Assembly (NCBI RefSeq): GCF_988242995.1
Contig: NZ_OZ547043.1
Reading direction: 5' to 3' (one strand)
Length of the DNA: 64,000 nt
The position numbers and the translations under genes were made by a program. Each line of letters starts with the position of its first letter. The stretch's first letter is position 1. The notes under the pieces are model-generated. The model searched no databases. It was not told where the DNA came from and saw nothing but the letters and a program-made list of their open reading frames with translations. Below, piece by piece: positions 43,898-55,690 of the stretch.

Positions 43898-43926
43898 TTG
43901 ACATTCATATGAAAAAAATCATAATT
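43898..43926 (+). promoter_or_regulatory. sigma70-like promoter (TTGACA, 16-17 nt spacer, CATAAT) upstream of yahM
   Basis: ttgaca 43898-43903, cataat 43920-43925. Confidence 0.25.
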
Positions 43927-44083
43927 CCATCATGTTTGTGTGGGGTCTTTTCTGTATCTTACGCATCGCACTCAAGCCTGACAGAAAATATGCTGTAAGG
44001 CTCATATCAAAAACCGCCATTAGCTCATCAGGAAGAGCAGACGACAACCAGGATTGTTGTATGGTACGGGGTTCGAGGCCTCG

Positions 44084-44329
44084 ATGGCGGTCCAACTTTT
44101 CATAACTCTTCTGAATCAGATCCCCTTATTATCATCCCTGCAAAGTGGAACATTGCCATTGTTTGGCTATTCAGGACGGGTCAGAGCAATGAAAAAAGCC
44201 CACACAGGGGAGAGTGGGCTGAAATGGGAAGCTAAAGACTCAAGTAAACTTATCGGAAATAAGGACCACGCATTACGGGGGCTATCATCGCCGATGGTCG
44301 GGATTCGGCAAATCAGGTTGATTACGTAG
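44084..44329 (+). CDS. yahM: small uncharacterised protein
   Basis: ORF 44054..44329; start set to MAVQLF; weak evidence (ORF plus synteny). Confidence 0.4.
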   Translation: MAVQLFITLLNQIPLLSSLQSGTLPLFGYSGRVRAMKKAHTGESGLKWEAKDSSKLIGNKDHALRGLSSPMVGIRQIRLIT

Positions 44330-44345
44330 AGAGTAAATTATCTGC

Positions 44346-45017
44346 TCACCGCTGTGTCACCCCTTCGTAAATCAGGCGTAGCGCGAATACACCAATAATT
44401 GCACCAATAACCCGACTGGCAACGCGTTGCATACGCCCATAAGCACGACGCACAGCGGGCAAAGAAAACGCCTGACTAAGAAAAACGCGCCAGATAATTG
44501 ATGCGAGCACAATCCCCGCTCAGGCCATTAAACGTGCCCATGTTGGTGTTTCGGCATTTAATGTTACTGAGAAAATACTGATAAAAAATAAAACGGTTTG
44601 CGGGTTAGAGAGATCGGTAATTAATCCACGGCGAAAAAAGACATACCAGGGGGCGTTAATCGGTTGTTGTAGTGTGCTCATTTGCGGTGTTGACTGGCGG
44701 CGCATGCTGCACCACGCAAACCATAAGAGATAAGCGCCGCCGACGATTCTGATAAGCGAAAAAATCTCCTCACACTGCGTAATTAGCGTTGCAAGACCAA
44801 ACAAACCCAACCCGGAATAAAATGCATCGCCCAGCGCCACGCCCAGCCCGGTCAGCACCCCTGCGCGTCGACCGGAAGCCAGGCTGGTTTGTACTACCAC
44901 AAAGAGATTGGCTCCCGGATTAAAAAAAGTAATCACGAACAGTCCTACGGTCAGATAAACGGCGTGCAAAGGATCCATAGTGATTTCATCCATAAATAAG
45001 TGAAGTAACTTCATCAT
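44346..45017 (-). pseudogene. yahN: LysE/RhtB-family amino-acid exporter interrupted by an in-frame TGA
   Basis: ORF 44520..45017 ends ...TWARLMA-TGA; same frame continues 57 codons (AGIVLASIYLARFLSQAFSLPAVRRAYGRMQRVASRVIGAIIGVFALRLIYEGVTQR) to TGA at 44346-44348. Confidence 0.65.
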
Positions 45018-45163
45018 ATTTCTACCAAAAATAATCGGGTGCGAGAGAGATCACAAAGTGTCTTATTTCCGGTTACTGGCGTTTATGCCCTGACTGAACT
45101 AATTATTAATCAACCCAATAATGTGGGTGGGTGATAGTGTGATAACAACTCTGGAGCCGTAAT

Positions 45164-45439
45164 ATGAAAATAATCTCTAAAATGTTAGTCGGTGCGTTAG
45201 CGTTTGCCGTTACCAATGTCTATGCCGCAGAATTAATGACCAAAGCGGAATTTGAAAAGGTTGAATCGCAATATGAAAAAATAGGTGATATTTCAACCAG
45301 TAATGAAATGTCGACTGCAGATGCAAAAGAAGATTTAATCAAAAAAGCCGATGAAAAAGGGGCTGATGTGTTGGTACTGACCTCCGGTCAAACTGACAAT
45401 AAGATCCACGGCACGGCAAATATTTATAAGAAGAAGTAA
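45164..45439 (+). CDS. yahO: small periplasmic DUF1471 (YdgH/BhsA-like) protein
   Basis: 91 aa; signal peptide [23 protein letters not shown]. Confidence 0.8.
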   Translation: MKIISKMLVGALAFAVTNVYAAELMTKAEFEKVESQYEKIGDISTSNEMSTADAKEDLIKKADEKGADVLVLTSGQTDNKIHGTANIYKKK

Positions 45440-45506
45440 TTCTGAATCCTATGTAAACATCCCCGATGCGTAAGTTTATCGGTGATCATCATCTATTGAA
45501 ATTTAT

Positions 45507-45536
45507 GCCGGATAAAGCGTTCGCGCTGCATTCGGC
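45507..45536. repeat. REP-like palindromic unit between convergent yahO and prpR
   Basis: gccggataaagcgttcgcgctgcattcggc, resembles REP consensus. Confidence 0.4.
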
Positions 45537-45539
45537 AGT

Positions 45540-47126
45540 TCAGTTTTTCAGCCGCCGCCAGAACGTCGTCCGGCTTATGCCTAAATAATTCGCCGCTGCT
45601 GTTTTATCGCCTTTAAATTTCTCCAGTGCCTGTTGTGGTGTCAGTAAGCGTGGAGCGGGAATTTTCGCCGACTCGCGCGCCAGTTCCGGCAGTAGCAGCT
45701 GCAAAAATTGCGGCGTTAAATCCGGCGTCGGTTCCACACTTAAAAACAGCGCCAGTCGCTCCATCATATTGCGCAGTTCACGAATATTGCCCGGCCAGTC
45801 GTAGTGCACCAGCACGGTTTCGCTTGCCTGTAACCCCTGGCGTAATGCGGCAGAAAACGGGGCGGAGAGCGCCGCCAGAGACACTTTCAAAAAGCTTTCC
45901 GCCAGCGGCAGAATATCCGCCACCCGCTCGCGCAGTGGTGGCAATTGCAGACGCAAAATACTCAGCCGATAAAACAGATCACGGCGAAAACGTCCTTGCT
46001 GCATATCTTCTTCCAGATTGCAGTGAGTGGCGCTAATGACCCGCACATCTAACGGAACAGGCTGATGCCCGCCGACGCGGGTGACCTCTTTTTCTTCCAG
46101 CACCCGTAACAGGCGAGTCTGCAAAGGTAGCGGCATTTCGCCAATCTCATCCAGAAACAGCGTACCGCCGTGGGCAATTTCGAACAGCCCGGCGCGACCT
46201 CCACGTCGCGAGCCGGTGAACGCCCCTTCCTCATAGCCAAACAGCTCTGCTTCCAGCAGCGATTCGGCAATCGCCCCGCAGTTGACGGCAACAAACGGAT
46301 GCGACTTTTTGCCCTGTCGCGCATCGTGGCGGGCAAAATATTCCCGATGAATCGCCTGGGCCGCCAGCTCTTTGCCCGTCCCCGTTTCCCCTTCAATCAA
46401 CACCGCTGCACTGGAGCGGGCATACAGCAAAATAGTCTGCCGTACCTGTTCCATCTGTGGTGATTGACCGAGCATATCGCCCAGCACGTAACGAGTACGC
46501 AGGGCGTTGCGGGTGGCATCGTGAGTGTTATGGCGTAACGACATGCGCGTCATATCCAGCGCATCGCTGAATGCCTGGCGCACGGTGGCGGCGGAATAGA
46601 TAAAAATTCCGGTCATTCCGGCTTCTTCTGCCAAATCGGTAATCAGCCCCGCGCCGACCACCGCTTCGGTGCCGTTAGCTTTCAGCTCGTTAATCTGCCC
46701 GCGCGCGTCTTCTTCGGTAATGTAGCTACGTTGGTCGAGGCGCAAATTAAAGGTTTTTTGAAACGCCACCAGCGCTGGAATGGTTTCCTGATAAGTGACA
46801 ACGCCGATAGAAGAGGTGAGTTTTCCGGCTTTTGCCAGTGCCTGTAACACATCGTAGCCGCTCGGTTTAATCAAAATAACTGGCACTGACAGGCGGCTTT
46901 TCAGGTACGCGCCGTTAGAGCCAGCAGCGATGATGGCGTCACAGCGTTCGCTTGCCAGTTTCTTGCGGATGTAGGTCACCGCTTTTTCAAAGCCAAGCTG
47001 GATAGGGGTAATGTTCGCCAGATGATCAAACTCGAGGCTGATATCGCGAAACAGCTCGAACAGGCGCGTCACCGATACCGTCCAGATAACCGGTTTGTCG
47101 TCATTCAGCCGTGGTGGATGTGCCAT
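45540..47126 (-). CDS. prpR: sigma-54-dependent enhancer-binding activator of propionate catabolism
   Basis: ORF 45540..47138; start set to [10 protein letters not shown] (528 aa); AAA+ sigma54-activator motifs ([14 protein letters not shown]) and C-terminal HTH. Confidence 0.9.
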   Translation of the reverse strand: MAHPPRLNDDKPVIWTVSVTRLFELFRDISLEFDHLANITPIQLGFEKAVTYIRKKLASERCDAIIAAGSNGAYLKSRLSVPVILIKPSGYDVLQALAKAGKLTSSIGVVTYQETIPALVAFQKTFNLRLDQRSYITEEDARGQINELKANGTEAVVGAGLITDLAEEAGMTGIFIYSAATVRQAFSDALDMTRMSLRHNTHDATRNALRTRYVLGDMLGQSPQMEQVRQTILLYARSSAAVLIEGETGTGKELAAQAIHREYFARHDARQGKKSHPFVAVNCGAIAESLLEAELFGYEEGAFTGSRRGGRAGLFEIAHGGTLFLDEIGEMPLPLQTRLLRVLEEKEVTRVGGHQPVPLDVRVISATHCNLEEDMQQGRFRRDLFYRLSILRLQLPPLRERVADILPLAESFLKVSLAALSAPFSAALRQGLQASETVLVHYDWPGNIRELRNMMERLALFLSVEPTPDLTPQFLQLLLPELARESAKIPAPRLLTPQQALEKFKGDKTAAANYLGISRTTFWRRLKN

Positions 47127-47302
47127 AGCGCACCGCAAAATTAAGAAACCGAATATTGGGTTTAGCCTTGTTTCATAATTGTTGCAATGAAACGCGGTGA
47201 AACATTGCCTGAAACGTTAACTGAAACGCATATTTGCGGATTACTTCATGACTTTATTTATAACAAATTGAAATTAAACATTTAATTTTATTCAGTCAAT
47301 TG

Positions 47303-47318
47303 TGGCACACCCCTTGCT
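47303..47318 (+). promoter_or_regulatory. sigma-54 (-24/-12) promoter for prpBCDE
   Basis: TGGCAC-N5-TTGCT (tggcacaccccttgct), ~47 nt upstream of prpB ATG. Confidence 0.6.
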
Positions 47319-47364
47319 TTGTCTTTATTAACGCAAATAACAAGTTGATAACAAAGGATGGGCT

Positions 47365-48255
47365 ATGTCTCTACACTCTCCAGGTAAAGCGTTTCGCGCT
47401 GCACTGTCTAAAGAAAATCCATTGCAGATTGTCGGCACCATCAACGCTAACCATGCGCTGCTGGCGCAGCGTGCCGGATATCAGGCAATTTATCTCTCCG
47501 GCGGTGGCGTGGCGGCAGGGTCGCTGGGGCTGCCCGATCTCGGTATTTCTACTCTTGATGACGTGCTGACAGATATTCGCCGTATCACCGACGTTTGTTC
47601 GCTGCCGCTGCTGGTGGATGCGGATATCGGTTTTGGTTCTTCTGCTTTTAACGTGGCGCGCACCGTGAAATCGATGATTAAAGCCGGTGCGGCAGGATTG
47701 CATATTGAAGATCAGGTTGGTGCGAAACGCTGCGGTCATCGTCCGAATAAAGCGATCGTCTCGAAAGAGGAGATGGTGGATCGGATCCGCGCGGCGGTGG
47801 ATGCGAAAACCGATCCTGATTTTGTGATCATGGCGCGCACCGATGCGCTGGCGGTTGAAGGGCTGGACGCCGCGATCGAGCGTGCGCAGGCCTACGTTGA
47901 AGCGGGTGCCGAGATGTTGTTCCCGGAGGCGATTACCGAACTCGCCATGTACCGCCAGTTTGCCGATGCGGTGCAGGTGCCGATCCTCGCCAACATCACC
48001 GAATTTGGCGCAACACCGCTGTTTACCACCGACGAATTACGCAGCGCCCATGTTGCAATGGCGCTGTACCCGCTTTCAGCGTTTCGCGCCATGAACCGCG
48101 CCGCCGAACATGTCTACAACGTCCTGCGTCAGGAAGGCACGCAGAAAAGCGTCATCGACACCATGCAAACCCGCAACGAGCTGTACGAAAGCATCAATTA
48201 CTACCAGTACGAAGAGAAGCTCGACGACCTGTTTGCCCGTAGCCAGGTGAAATAA
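47365..48255 (+). CDS. prpB: 2-methylisocitrate lyase
   Basis: 296 aa; isocitrate-lyase/PEP-mutase family. Confidence 0.9.
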   Translation: MSLHSPGKAFRAALSKENPLQIVGTINANHALLAQRAGYQAIYLSGGGVAAGSLGLPDLGISTLDDVLTDIRRITDVCSLPLLVDADIGFGSSAFNVARTVKSMIKAGAAGLHIEDQVGAKRCGHRPNKAIVSKEEMVDRIRAAVDAKTDPDFVIMARTDALAVEGLDAAIERAQAYVEAGAEMLFPEAITELAMYRQFADAVQVPILANITEFGATPLFTTDELRSAHVAMALYPLSAFRAMNRAAEHVYNVLRQEGTQKSVIDTMQTRNELYESINYYQYEEKLDDLFARSQVK

Positions 48256-48299
48256 AACACAACGAAAAATATCTCGACCCTACAAATGACGAGGACAAT

Positions 48300-49469
48300 A
48301 TGAGCGACACAACGATCCTGCAAAACAGTACCCATGTCATTAAACCGAAAAAATCGGTGGCACTTTCTGGCGTTCCGGCGGGCAATACGGCGCTCTGCAC
48401 CGTGGGTAAAAGTGGCAATGATTTGCATTACCGAGGCTACGACATTCTTGATCTGGCGGAACATTGCGAATTTGAAGAAGTGGCGCATCTGCTGATCCAC
48501 GGCAAACTGCCGACCCGTGACGAACTCGCCGCCTACAAAACGAAACTGAAAGCCCTGCGCGGTTTACCGGCTAACGTGCGTACCGTGCTGGAAGCCTTAC
48601 CGGCGGCGTCACACCCGATGGATGTTATGCGCACCGGCGTTTCCGCGCTCGGCTGCACGCTGCCAGAAAAAGAGGGGCATACCGTCTCTGGCGCGCGGGA
48701 TATTGCCGACAAACTGCTGGCGTCACTTAGCTCGATTCTTCTCTACTGGTATCACTACAGCCACAACGGCGAACGCATTCAGCCGGAAACCGATGACGAC
48801 TCCATCGGCGGTCACTTCCTGCATCTGCTGCATGGCGAAAAGCCGTCGCAAAGCTGGGAAAAGGCGATGCATATTTCGCTGGTGCTGTACGCCGAACACG
48901 AGTTTAACGCCTCCACCTTTACCAGCCGGGTGATTGCGGGCACCGGCTCTGATATGTATTCCGCGATTATTGGCGCGATTGGTGCACTGCGCGGGCCGAA
49001 GCACGGCGGGGCGAATGAAGTGTCGCTGGAGATCCAGCAACGCTACGAAACGCCGGACGAAGCCGAAGCCGATATCCGCAAGCGGGTGGAAAACAAAGAA
49101 GTGGTCATTGGTTTTGGTCATCCGGTTTATACCATCGCCGACCCGCGTCATCAGGTGATCAAACGCGTGGCGAAGCAGCTCTCGCAGGAAGGCGGTTCGC
49201 TGAAGATGTATAACATCGCCGATCGCCTGGAAACAGTGATGTGGGAGAGCAAAAAGATGTTCCCCAATCTCGACTGGTTCTCCGCTGTTTCCTACAACAT
49301 GATGGGCGTTCCCACCGAGATGTTCACCCCACTGTTTGTTATCGCCCGCGTCACCGGCTGGGCGGCGCACATTATCGAACAACGTCAGGACAACAAAATT
49401 ATCCGTCCTTCCGCCAATTATGTTGGACCGGAAGACCGCCAGTTTGTCGCGCTGGATAAGCGCCAGTAA
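48300..49469 (+). CDS. prpC: 2-methylcitrate synthase
   Basis: 389 aa; citrate-synthase family. Confidence 0.9.
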   Translation: MSDTTILQNSTHVIKPKKSVALSGVPAGNTALCTVGKSGNDLHYRGYDILDLAEHCEFEEVAHLLIHGKLPTRDELAAYKTKLKALRGLPANVRTVLEALPAASHPMDVMRTGVSALGCTLPEKEGHTVSGARDIADKLLASLSSILLYWYHYSHNGERIQPETDDDSIGGHFLHLLHGEKPSQSWEKAMHISLVLYAEHEFNASTFTSRVIAGTGSDMYSAIIGAIGALRGPKHGGANEVSLEIQQRYETPDEAEADIRKRVENKEVVIGFGHPVYTIADPRHQVIKRVAKQLSQEGGSLKMYNIADRLETVMWESKKMFPNLDWFSAVSYNMMGVPTEMFTPLFVIARVTGWAAHIIEQRQDNKIIRPSANYVGPEDRQFVALDKRQ

Positions 49470-49502
49470 ACCTCTACGAATAACAATAAGGAAACGTACC
49501 CA

Positions 49503-50954
49503 ATGTCAGCTCAAATCAACAACATCCGCCCGGAATTTGATCGTGAAATCGTTGATATCGTCGATTACGTGATGAACTACGAAATCAGCTCCAGAGTGGC
49601 CTACGAGACCGCACATTACTGCCTGCTCGACACGCTCGGCTGCGGTCTGGAAGCTCTCGAATACCCGGCCTGTAAAAAACTGCTGGGGCCAATTGTCCCT
49701 GGCACCGTCGTACCCAACGGCGTGCGCGTCCCCGGAACTCAGTTCCAGCTCGACCCCGTCCAGGCGGCATTTAACATCGGCGCGATGATCCGTTGGCTCG
49801 ATTTCAACGATACCTGGCTGGCGGCGGAGTGGGGCCATCCTTCCGACAACCTCGGCGGCATTCTGGCAACGGCGGACTGGCTTTCGCGCAACGCGGTCGC
49901 TAGCGGCAAAGCGCCGTTGACCATGAAGCAGGTGCTGACCGGAATGATCAAAGCCCATGAAATTCAGGGCTGCATCGCGCTGGAAAACTCCTTTAACCGC
50001 GTCGGCCTCGACCACGTTCTGTTAGTGAAAGTGGCTTCCACCGCCGTGGTCGCCGAAATGCTCGGCCTGACCCGCGAGGAAATTCTCAACGCCGTTTCGC
50101 TGGCGTGGGTGGACGGTCAGTCGCTGCGCACCTATCGCCATGCGCCGAACACCGGCACGCGTAAATCCTGGGCGGCGGGCGATGCCACTTCCCGCGCGGT
50201 ACGTCTGGCACTGATGGCGAAAACGGGCGAAATGGGTTACCCGTCAGCCCTGACTGCGCCGGTATGGGGCTTCTACGACGTCTCCTTCAAAGGTGAATCG
50301 TTCCGCTTCCAGCGCCCGTACGGTTCTTACGTCATGGAAAATGTGCTGTTCAAAATCTCCTTCCCGGCGGAGTTCCACTCCCAGACGGCAGTTGAAGCAG
50401 CGATGACGCTCTATGAACAGATGCAGGCAGCAGGCAAAACGGCGGCAGATATCGAAAAAGTGACCATTCGCACCCACGAAGCCTGTATTCGCATCATCGA
50501 CAAAAAAGGACCGCTCAATAACCCGGCAGACCGCGACCACTGCATTCAGTACATGGTGGCGATCCCGCTGCTGTTCGGACGCTTAACGGCGGCAGATTAC
50601 GAGGACAACGTTGCGCAAGATAAACGCATCGACGCCCTGCGCGAGAAGATCAATTGCTTTGAAGATCCGGCATTTACCGCTGACTACCACGACCCGGAAA
50701 AACGTGCCATCGCCAATGCCATAACCCTTGAGTTCACCGACGGTACGCGATTTGAAGAAGTGGTGGTGGAGTACCCAATTGGTCATGCTCGCCGCCGTCA
50801 GGATGGCATTCCGAAGCTGGTCGATAAATTCAAAATCAATCTCGCGCGCCAGTTCCCGACTCGCCAACAGCAGCGCATTCTGGAGGTTTCTCTCGACAGA
50901 GCTCGCCTGGAACAGATGCCGGTTAATGAGTATCTCGACCTGTACGTCATTTAA
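49503..50954 (+). CDS. prpD: 2-methylcitrate dehydratase
   Basis: 483 aa; MmgE/PrpD family. Confidence 0.9.
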   Translation: MSAQINNIRPEFDREIVDIVDYVMNYEISSRVAYETAHYCLLDTLGCGLEALEYPACKKLLGPIVPGTVVPNGVRVPGTQFQLDPVQAAFNIGAMIRWLDFNDTWLAAEWGHPSDNLGGILATADWLSRNAVASGKAPLTMKQVLTGMIKAHEIQGCIALENSFNRVGLDHVLLVKVASTAVVAEMLGLTREEILNAVSLAWVDGQSLRTYRHAPNTGTRKSWAAGDATSRAVRLALMAKTGEMGYPSALTAPVWGFYDVSFKGESFRFQRPYGSYVMENVLFKISFPAEFHSQTAVEAAMTLYEQMQAAGKTAADIEKVTIRTHEACIRIIDKKGPLNNPADRDHCIQYMVAIPLLFGRLTAADYEDNVAQDKRIDALREKINCFEDPAFTADYHDPEKRAIANAITLEFTDGTRFEEVVVEYPIGHARRRQDGIPKLVDKFKINLARQFPTRQQQRILEVSLDRARLEQMPVNEYLDLYVI

Positions 50955-50993
50955 GCAAACAGCGGTAAGGCGTAAGTTCAACAGGAGAGCATT

Positions 50994-52880
50994 ATGTCTT
51001 TTAGCGAATTTTATCAGCGTTCGATTAACGAACCGGAGCAGTTCTGGGCCGAGCAGGCCCGGCGTATTGACTGGCAGACGCCCTTTACGCAAACGCTCGA
51101 TCACAGCAATCCGCCGTTTGTCCGTTGGTTTTGTGAAGGCCGAACCAACTTGTGTCACAACGCTATCGACCGCTGGCTGGAGAAACAGCCAGAGGCGCTG
51201 GCGCTGATTGCCGTCTCTTCGGAAACAGAAGAAGAGTGCACCTTTACCTTCCGCCAGTTACATGACGAAGTGAATGCGGTGGCCTCAATGCTGCGCTCGC
51301 TGGGTGTGCAGCGCGGCGATCGGGTGCTGGTGTATATGCCGATGATTGCCGAAGCGCATATTACTCTGCTGGCTTGCGCGCGCATTGGCGCTATTCACTC
51401 GGTGGTGTTTGGGGGATTTGCCTCGCACAGCGTGGCGGCGCGAATTGATGATGCTAAACCGGTGCTGATTGTCTCGGCTGATGCCGGAGCGCGCGGTGGC
51501 AAAATCATTCCCTATAAAAAATTGCTCGACGATGCGATAAGTCAGGCGCAGCACCAGCCACGCCATGTTTTGCTGGTGGATCGCGGGCTGGCGAAAATGG
51601 CACGCGTCAGCGGGCGGGATGTCGATTTCGCGTCGTTGCGCCATCAACACATCGGCGCACGGGTACCGGTGGCGTGGCTGGAATCCAACGAAACCTCCTG
51701 CATTCTCTACACCTCCGGCACGACCGGCAAACCTAAAGGCGTGCAGCGTGACGTTGGCGGATATGCGGTGGCGCTGGCGACCTCGATGGACACCATTTTT
51801 GGCGGCAAAGCGGGCGGTGTGTTCTTTTGTGCTTCGGATATCGGCTGGGTGGTGGGGCATTCGTATATCGTCTACGCGCCGCTGCTGGCGGGGATGGCGA
51901 CTATCGTTTACGAAGGATTACCGACCTGGCCGGACTGCGGCGTGTGGTGGAAAATCGTCGAGAAATATCAGGTTAGCCGCATGTTCTCAGCGCCGACCGC
52001 CATTCGCGTGCTGAAAAAATTCCCTACCGCTGAAATTCGCAAACACGATCTCTCGTCGCTGGAAGTGCTCTATCTGGCTGGAGAACCGCTGGACGAGCCG
52101 ACCGCCAGTTGGGTGAGCAATACGCTGGATGTGCCGGTCATCGACAACTACTGGCAGACCGAATCCGGCTGGCCGATTATGGCGATTGCTCGCGGTCTGG
52201 ACGACAGGCCGACGCGTCTGGGAAGCCCCGGCGTGCCGATGTATGGCTATAACGTGCAGTTGCTTAATGAAGTCACCGGCGAACCGTGTGGCGTCAACGA
52301 GAAAGGGATGCTGGTGGTGGAAGGGCCATTGCCGCCGGGGTGTATTCAGACCATTTGGGGCGACGACGACCGCTTTGTGAAGACGTACTGGTCGCTGTTT
52401 TCCCGCCCGGTGTACGCCACCTTTGACTGGGGCATCCGTGACGCTGACGGTTATCACTTTATTCTCGGGCGCACTGACGATGTAATTAACGTTGCCGGGC
52501 ATCGGCTGGGGACGCGCGAGATTGAAGAGAGTATCTCCAGTCATCCGGGCGTTGCCGAAGTGGCGGTGGTTGGGGTGAAAGATGCGCTGAAAGGGCAGGT
52601 GGCGGTGGCGTTTGTTATTCCGAAAGAGAGCGACAGTCTGGAAGATCGTGATGTGGCGCATTCGCAAGAGAAGGCGATTATGGCGCTGGTGGACAGCCAG
52701 ATTGGCAACTTTGGCCGCCCGGCGCACGTCTGGTTTGTCTCGCAATTGCCAAAAACGCGATCCGGAAAAATGCTGCGCCGCACGATCCAGGCGATTTGCG
52801 AAGGACGCGATCCTGGGGATCTGACGACCATTGATGATCCTGCGTCGTTGGATCAGATCCGCCAGGCGATGGAAGAGTAG
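50994..52880 (+). CDS. prpE: propionyl-CoA synthetase
   Basis: 628 aa; acyl-CoA synthetase AMP-binding motif (YTSGTTGKPKG). Confidence 0.9.
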   Translation: MSFSEFYQRSINEPEQFWAEQARRIDWQTPFTQTLDHSNPPFVRWFCEGRTNLCHNAIDRWLEKQPEALALIAVSSETEEECTFTFRQLHDEVNAVASMLRSLGVQRGDRVLVYMPMIAEAHITLLACARIGAIHSVVFGGFASHSVAARIDDAKPVLIVSADAGARGGKIIPYKKLLDDAISQAQHQPRHVLLVDRGLAKMARVSGRDVDFASLRHQHIGARVPVAWLESNETSCILYTSGTTGKPKGVQRDVGGYAVALATSMDTIFGGKAGGVFFCASDIGWVVGHSYIVYAPLLAGMATIVYEGLPTWPDCGVWWKIVEKYQVSRMFSAPTAIRVLKKFPTAEIRKHDLSSLEVLYLAGEPLDEPTASWVSNTLDVPVIDNYWQTESGWPIMAIARGLDDRPTRLGSPGVPMYGYNVQLLNEVTGEPCGVNEKGMLVVEGPLPPGCIQTIWGDDDRFVKTYWSLFSRPVYATFDWGIRDADGYHFILGRTDDVINVAGHRLGTREIEESISSHPGVAEVAVVGVKDALKGQVAVAFVIPKESDSLEDRDVAHSQEKAIMALVDSQIGNFGRPAHVWFVSQLPKTRSGKMLRRTIQAICEGRDPGDLTTIDDPASLDQIRQAMEE

Positions 52881-52884
52881 GTTA

Positions 52885-52960
52885 TTGTCGGATGCGTCGC
52901 CTGGCGTATCCGACACCATGCGCCGATGCCTGATGCGACGCTTACCGCGTCTTATTATGG
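52885..52960. repeat. two REP palindromic units (BIME-like) downstream of prpE
   Basis: tgtcggatgcgtcgcctggcgtatccgaca and gcctgatgcgacgcttaccgcgtcttat. Confidence 0.55.
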
Positions 52961-53034
52961 CTACCCACTGTTTTTACACCGATAATTTTTCCCCCACCTT
53001 TTTGCACTCATTCATATAAAAAATATATTTCCCC

Positions 53035-53050
53035 ACGAAAACGATTGCTT
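53035..53050. promoter_or_regulatory. candidate PurR operator upstream of codBA
   Basis: acgaaaacgattgctt matches recalled PUR-box consensus at ~13/16 positions. Confidence 0.3.
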
Positions 53051-53116
53051 TTTATCTTCAGATGAATAGAATGCGGCGGATTTTTTGGGTTTCAAACAGC
53101 AAAAAGGGGGAATTTC

Positions 53117-54376
53117 GTGTCGCAAGATAACAACTTTAGCCAGGGGCCAGTCCCGCAGTCGGCGCGGAAAGGGGTATTGGCATTGACGTTCGTCATGCTG
53201 GGATTAACCTTCTTTTCCGCCAGTATGTGGACCGGCGGCACTCTCGGAACCGGTCTTAGCTATCATGATTTCTTCCTCGCAGTTCTCATCGGTAATCTTC
53301 TCCTCGGTATTTACACTTCATTTCTCGGTTACATTGGCGCAAAAACCGGCCTGACCACTCATCTTCTTGCTCGCTTCTCGTTTGGTGTTAAAGGCTCATG
53401 GCTGCCTTCACTGCTACTGGGCGGCACCCAGGTTGGCTGGTTTGGCGTTGGCGTGGCGATGTTTGCCATTCCGGTGGGCAAGGCAACTGGGCTGGATATT
53501 AATTTGCTGATTGCCGTCTCCGGTGTACTGATGACCGTCACCGTCTTCTTTGGTATTTCGGCGCTGACGGTTCTTTCGGTGATTGCAGTTCCGGCTATCG
53601 CCTGCCTGGGCGGTTATTCCGTGTGGTTGGCCGTTAACGGCATGGGCGGCCTGGACGCATTAAAAGCGGTCGTTCCCGCACAACCGTTAGATTTCAATGT
53701 CGCGCTGGCGCTGGTTGTGGGGTCATTTATCAGTGCGGGCACGCTCACCGCTGACTTTGTCCGGTTTGGTCGTAATGCCAAACTGGCGGTGCTGGTGGCG
53801 ATGGTGGCCTTTTTCCTCGGCAACTCGTTGATGTTTATTTTCGGTGCAGCGGGCGCGGCGGCACTGGGGATGGCGGATATCTCTGATGTGATGATTGCTC
53901 AGGGTCTGCTGCTGCCTGCGATTGTGGTGCTGGGGCTGAATATCTGGACCACCAACGATAACGCGCTCTATGCGTCGGGCTTAGGTTTCGCCAACATTAC
54001 CGGGATGTCGAGCAAAACCCTTTCGGTAATCAACGGTATTATCGGTACGGTCTGCGCACTATGGCTGTATAACAATTTTGTCGGCTGGCTGACCTTCCTT
54101 TCGGCAGCTATTCCTCCGGTAGGGGGCGTGATCATCGCTGACTATCTGATGAACCGTCGCCGCTATGAGCACTTTGCGTCCACGCGTATGATGAGTGTCA
54201 ATTGGGTGGCGATTCTGGCGGTCGCCTTGGGGATTGCCGCAGGCCACTGGTTACCGGGAATTGTTCCGGTCAACGCGGTATTAGGTGGCGCGCTGAGCTA
54301 TCTGATCCTTAACCCGATTTTGAATCGTAAAACGACAGCAGCAATGACGCATGTGGAGGCTAACAGTGTCGAATAA
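53117..54376 (+). CDS. codB: cytosine permease (NCS1 family)
   Basis: 419 aa, GTG start after AAGGGGG, polytopic. Confidence 0.9.
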   Translation: MSQDNNFSQGPVPQSARKGVLALTFVMLGLTFFSASMWTGGTLGTGLSYHDFFLAVLIGNLLLGIYTSFLGYIGAKTGLTTHLLARFSFGVKGSWLPSLLLGGTQVGWFGVGVAMFAIPVGKATGLDINLLIAVSGVLMTVTVFFGISALTVLSVIAVPAIACLGGYSVWLAVNGMGGLDALKAVVPAQPLDFNVALALVVGSFISAGTLTADFVRFGRNAKLAVLVAMVAFFLGNSLMFIFGAAGAAALGMADISDVMIAQGLLLPAIVVLGLNIWTTNDNALYASGLGFANITGMSSKTLSVINGIIGTVCALWLYNNFVGWLTFLSAAIPPVGGVIIADYLMNRRRYEHFASTRMMSVNWVAILAVALGIAAGHWLPGIVPVNAVLGGALSYLILNPILNRKTTAAMTHVEANSVE

Positions 54377-55649
54377 CGCTTTACAGACAATTATTAACGC
54401 CCGGTTACCCGGCAAAGAGGGGCTGTGGCAGATTCATCTGCTGGACGGAAAAATCAGCGCCATTGATGCGCAATCCGGGGTGATGCCCGTAACTGAAAAC
54501 AGCCTGGATGCCGAACAAGGTTTAGTTATACCGCCGTTTGTGGAGCCACATATTCACCTGGACACCACGCAAACCGCCGGACAACCGAACTGGAATCAGT
54601 CTGGCACGCTGTTTGAAGGCATTGAACGCTGGGCCGAGCGCAAAGCGTTATTAACCCATGACGATGTGAAACAACGCGCCTGGCAAACGCTGAAATGGCA
54701 GATTGCCAACGGCATTCAGCATGTGCGTACCCATGTCGATGTTTCGGATGCAACGCTGACCGCGCTGAAAGCAATGCTGGAAGTGAAGCAGGAAGTCGCG
54801 CCGTGGATTGATCTGCAAATCGTCGCCTTCCCGCAGGAAGGGATTTTGTCGTATCCCAACGGTGAAGCGTTGCTGGAAGAGGCGTTACGCTTAGGGGCAG
54901 ACGTAGTGGGGGCGATTCCGCATTTTGAATTTACCCGTGAATATGGCGTGGAGTCGCTGCATAAAACCTTCGCCCTGGCGCAAAAATACGACCGTCTCAT
55001 CGATGTTCACTGTGATGAGATTGATGACGAACAGTCGCGCTTTGTTGAAACCGTTGCTGCCCTGGCGCACCGTGAAGGCATGGGCGCGCGAGTCACCGCC
55101 AGCCACACTACGGCAATGCACTCCTATAACGGGGCGTATACCTCGCGCCTGTTCCGCTTGCTGAAAATGTCCGGTATTAACTTTGTCGCCAACCCGCTGG
55201 TCAATATTCATCTGCAAGGACGTTTCGATACGTATCCAAAACGTCGCGGCATCACGCGCGTTAAAGAGATGCTGGAGTCCGGCATTAACGTCTGCTTTGG
55301 TCACGATGATGTCTTCGATCCGTGGTATCCACTGGGAACGGCGAATATGCTGCAAGTGCTGCATATGGGGCTGCATGTTTGTCAGTTGATGGGCTACGGG
55401 CAGATTAACGACGGCCTGAATTTAATCACCCACCATAGCGCCAGGACGTTGAATTTGCAGGATTACGGCATTGCCGCCGGAAACAGCGCCAACCTGATTA
55501 TCCTGCCTGCAGAAAATGGGTTTGATGCGCTGCGCCGTCAGGTTCCTGTACGTTATTCGGTACGTGGCGGTAAGGTGATTGCCAGCACACAACCGGCACA
55601 AACCACCGTATATCTGGATCAGCCAGAAGCCATCGATTACAAACGGTAA
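54366..55649 (+). CDS. codA: cytosine deaminase (amidohydrolase superfamily)
   Basis: ORF 54351..55649; GTG at 54366 ([16 protein letters not shown]) gives 427 aa; overlaps codB by 11 nt. Confidence 0.9.
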   Translation: MSNNALQTIINARLPGKEGLWQIHLLDGKISAIDAQSGVMPVTENSLDAEQGLVIPPFVEPHIHLDTTQTAGQPNWNQSGTLFEGIERWAERKALLTHDDVKQRAWQTLKWQIANGIQHVRTHVDVSDATLTALKAMLEVKQEVAPWIDLQIVAFPQEGILSYPNGEALLEEALRLGADVVGAIPHFEFTREYGVESLHKTFALAQKYDRLIDVHCDEIDDEQSRFVETVAALAHREGMGARVTASHTTAMHSYNGAYTSRLFRLLKMSGINFVANPLVNIHLQGRFDTYPKRRGITRVKEMLESGINVCFGHDDVFDPWYPLGTANMLQVLHMGLHVCQLMGYGQINDGLNLITHHSARTLNLQDYGIAAGNSANLIILPAENGFDALRRQVPVRYSVRGGKVIASTQPAQTTVYLDQPEAIDYKR

Positions 55650-55666
55650 TTTCCTCTGTGTTGAAG

Positions 55667-55690
55667 AGCCACTGACCTGTGTCAGTGGCT
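55667..55690. terminator. 10-bp stem hairpin between convergent codA and cynR
   Basis: agccactgac-ctgt-gtcagtggct. Confidence 0.4.
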
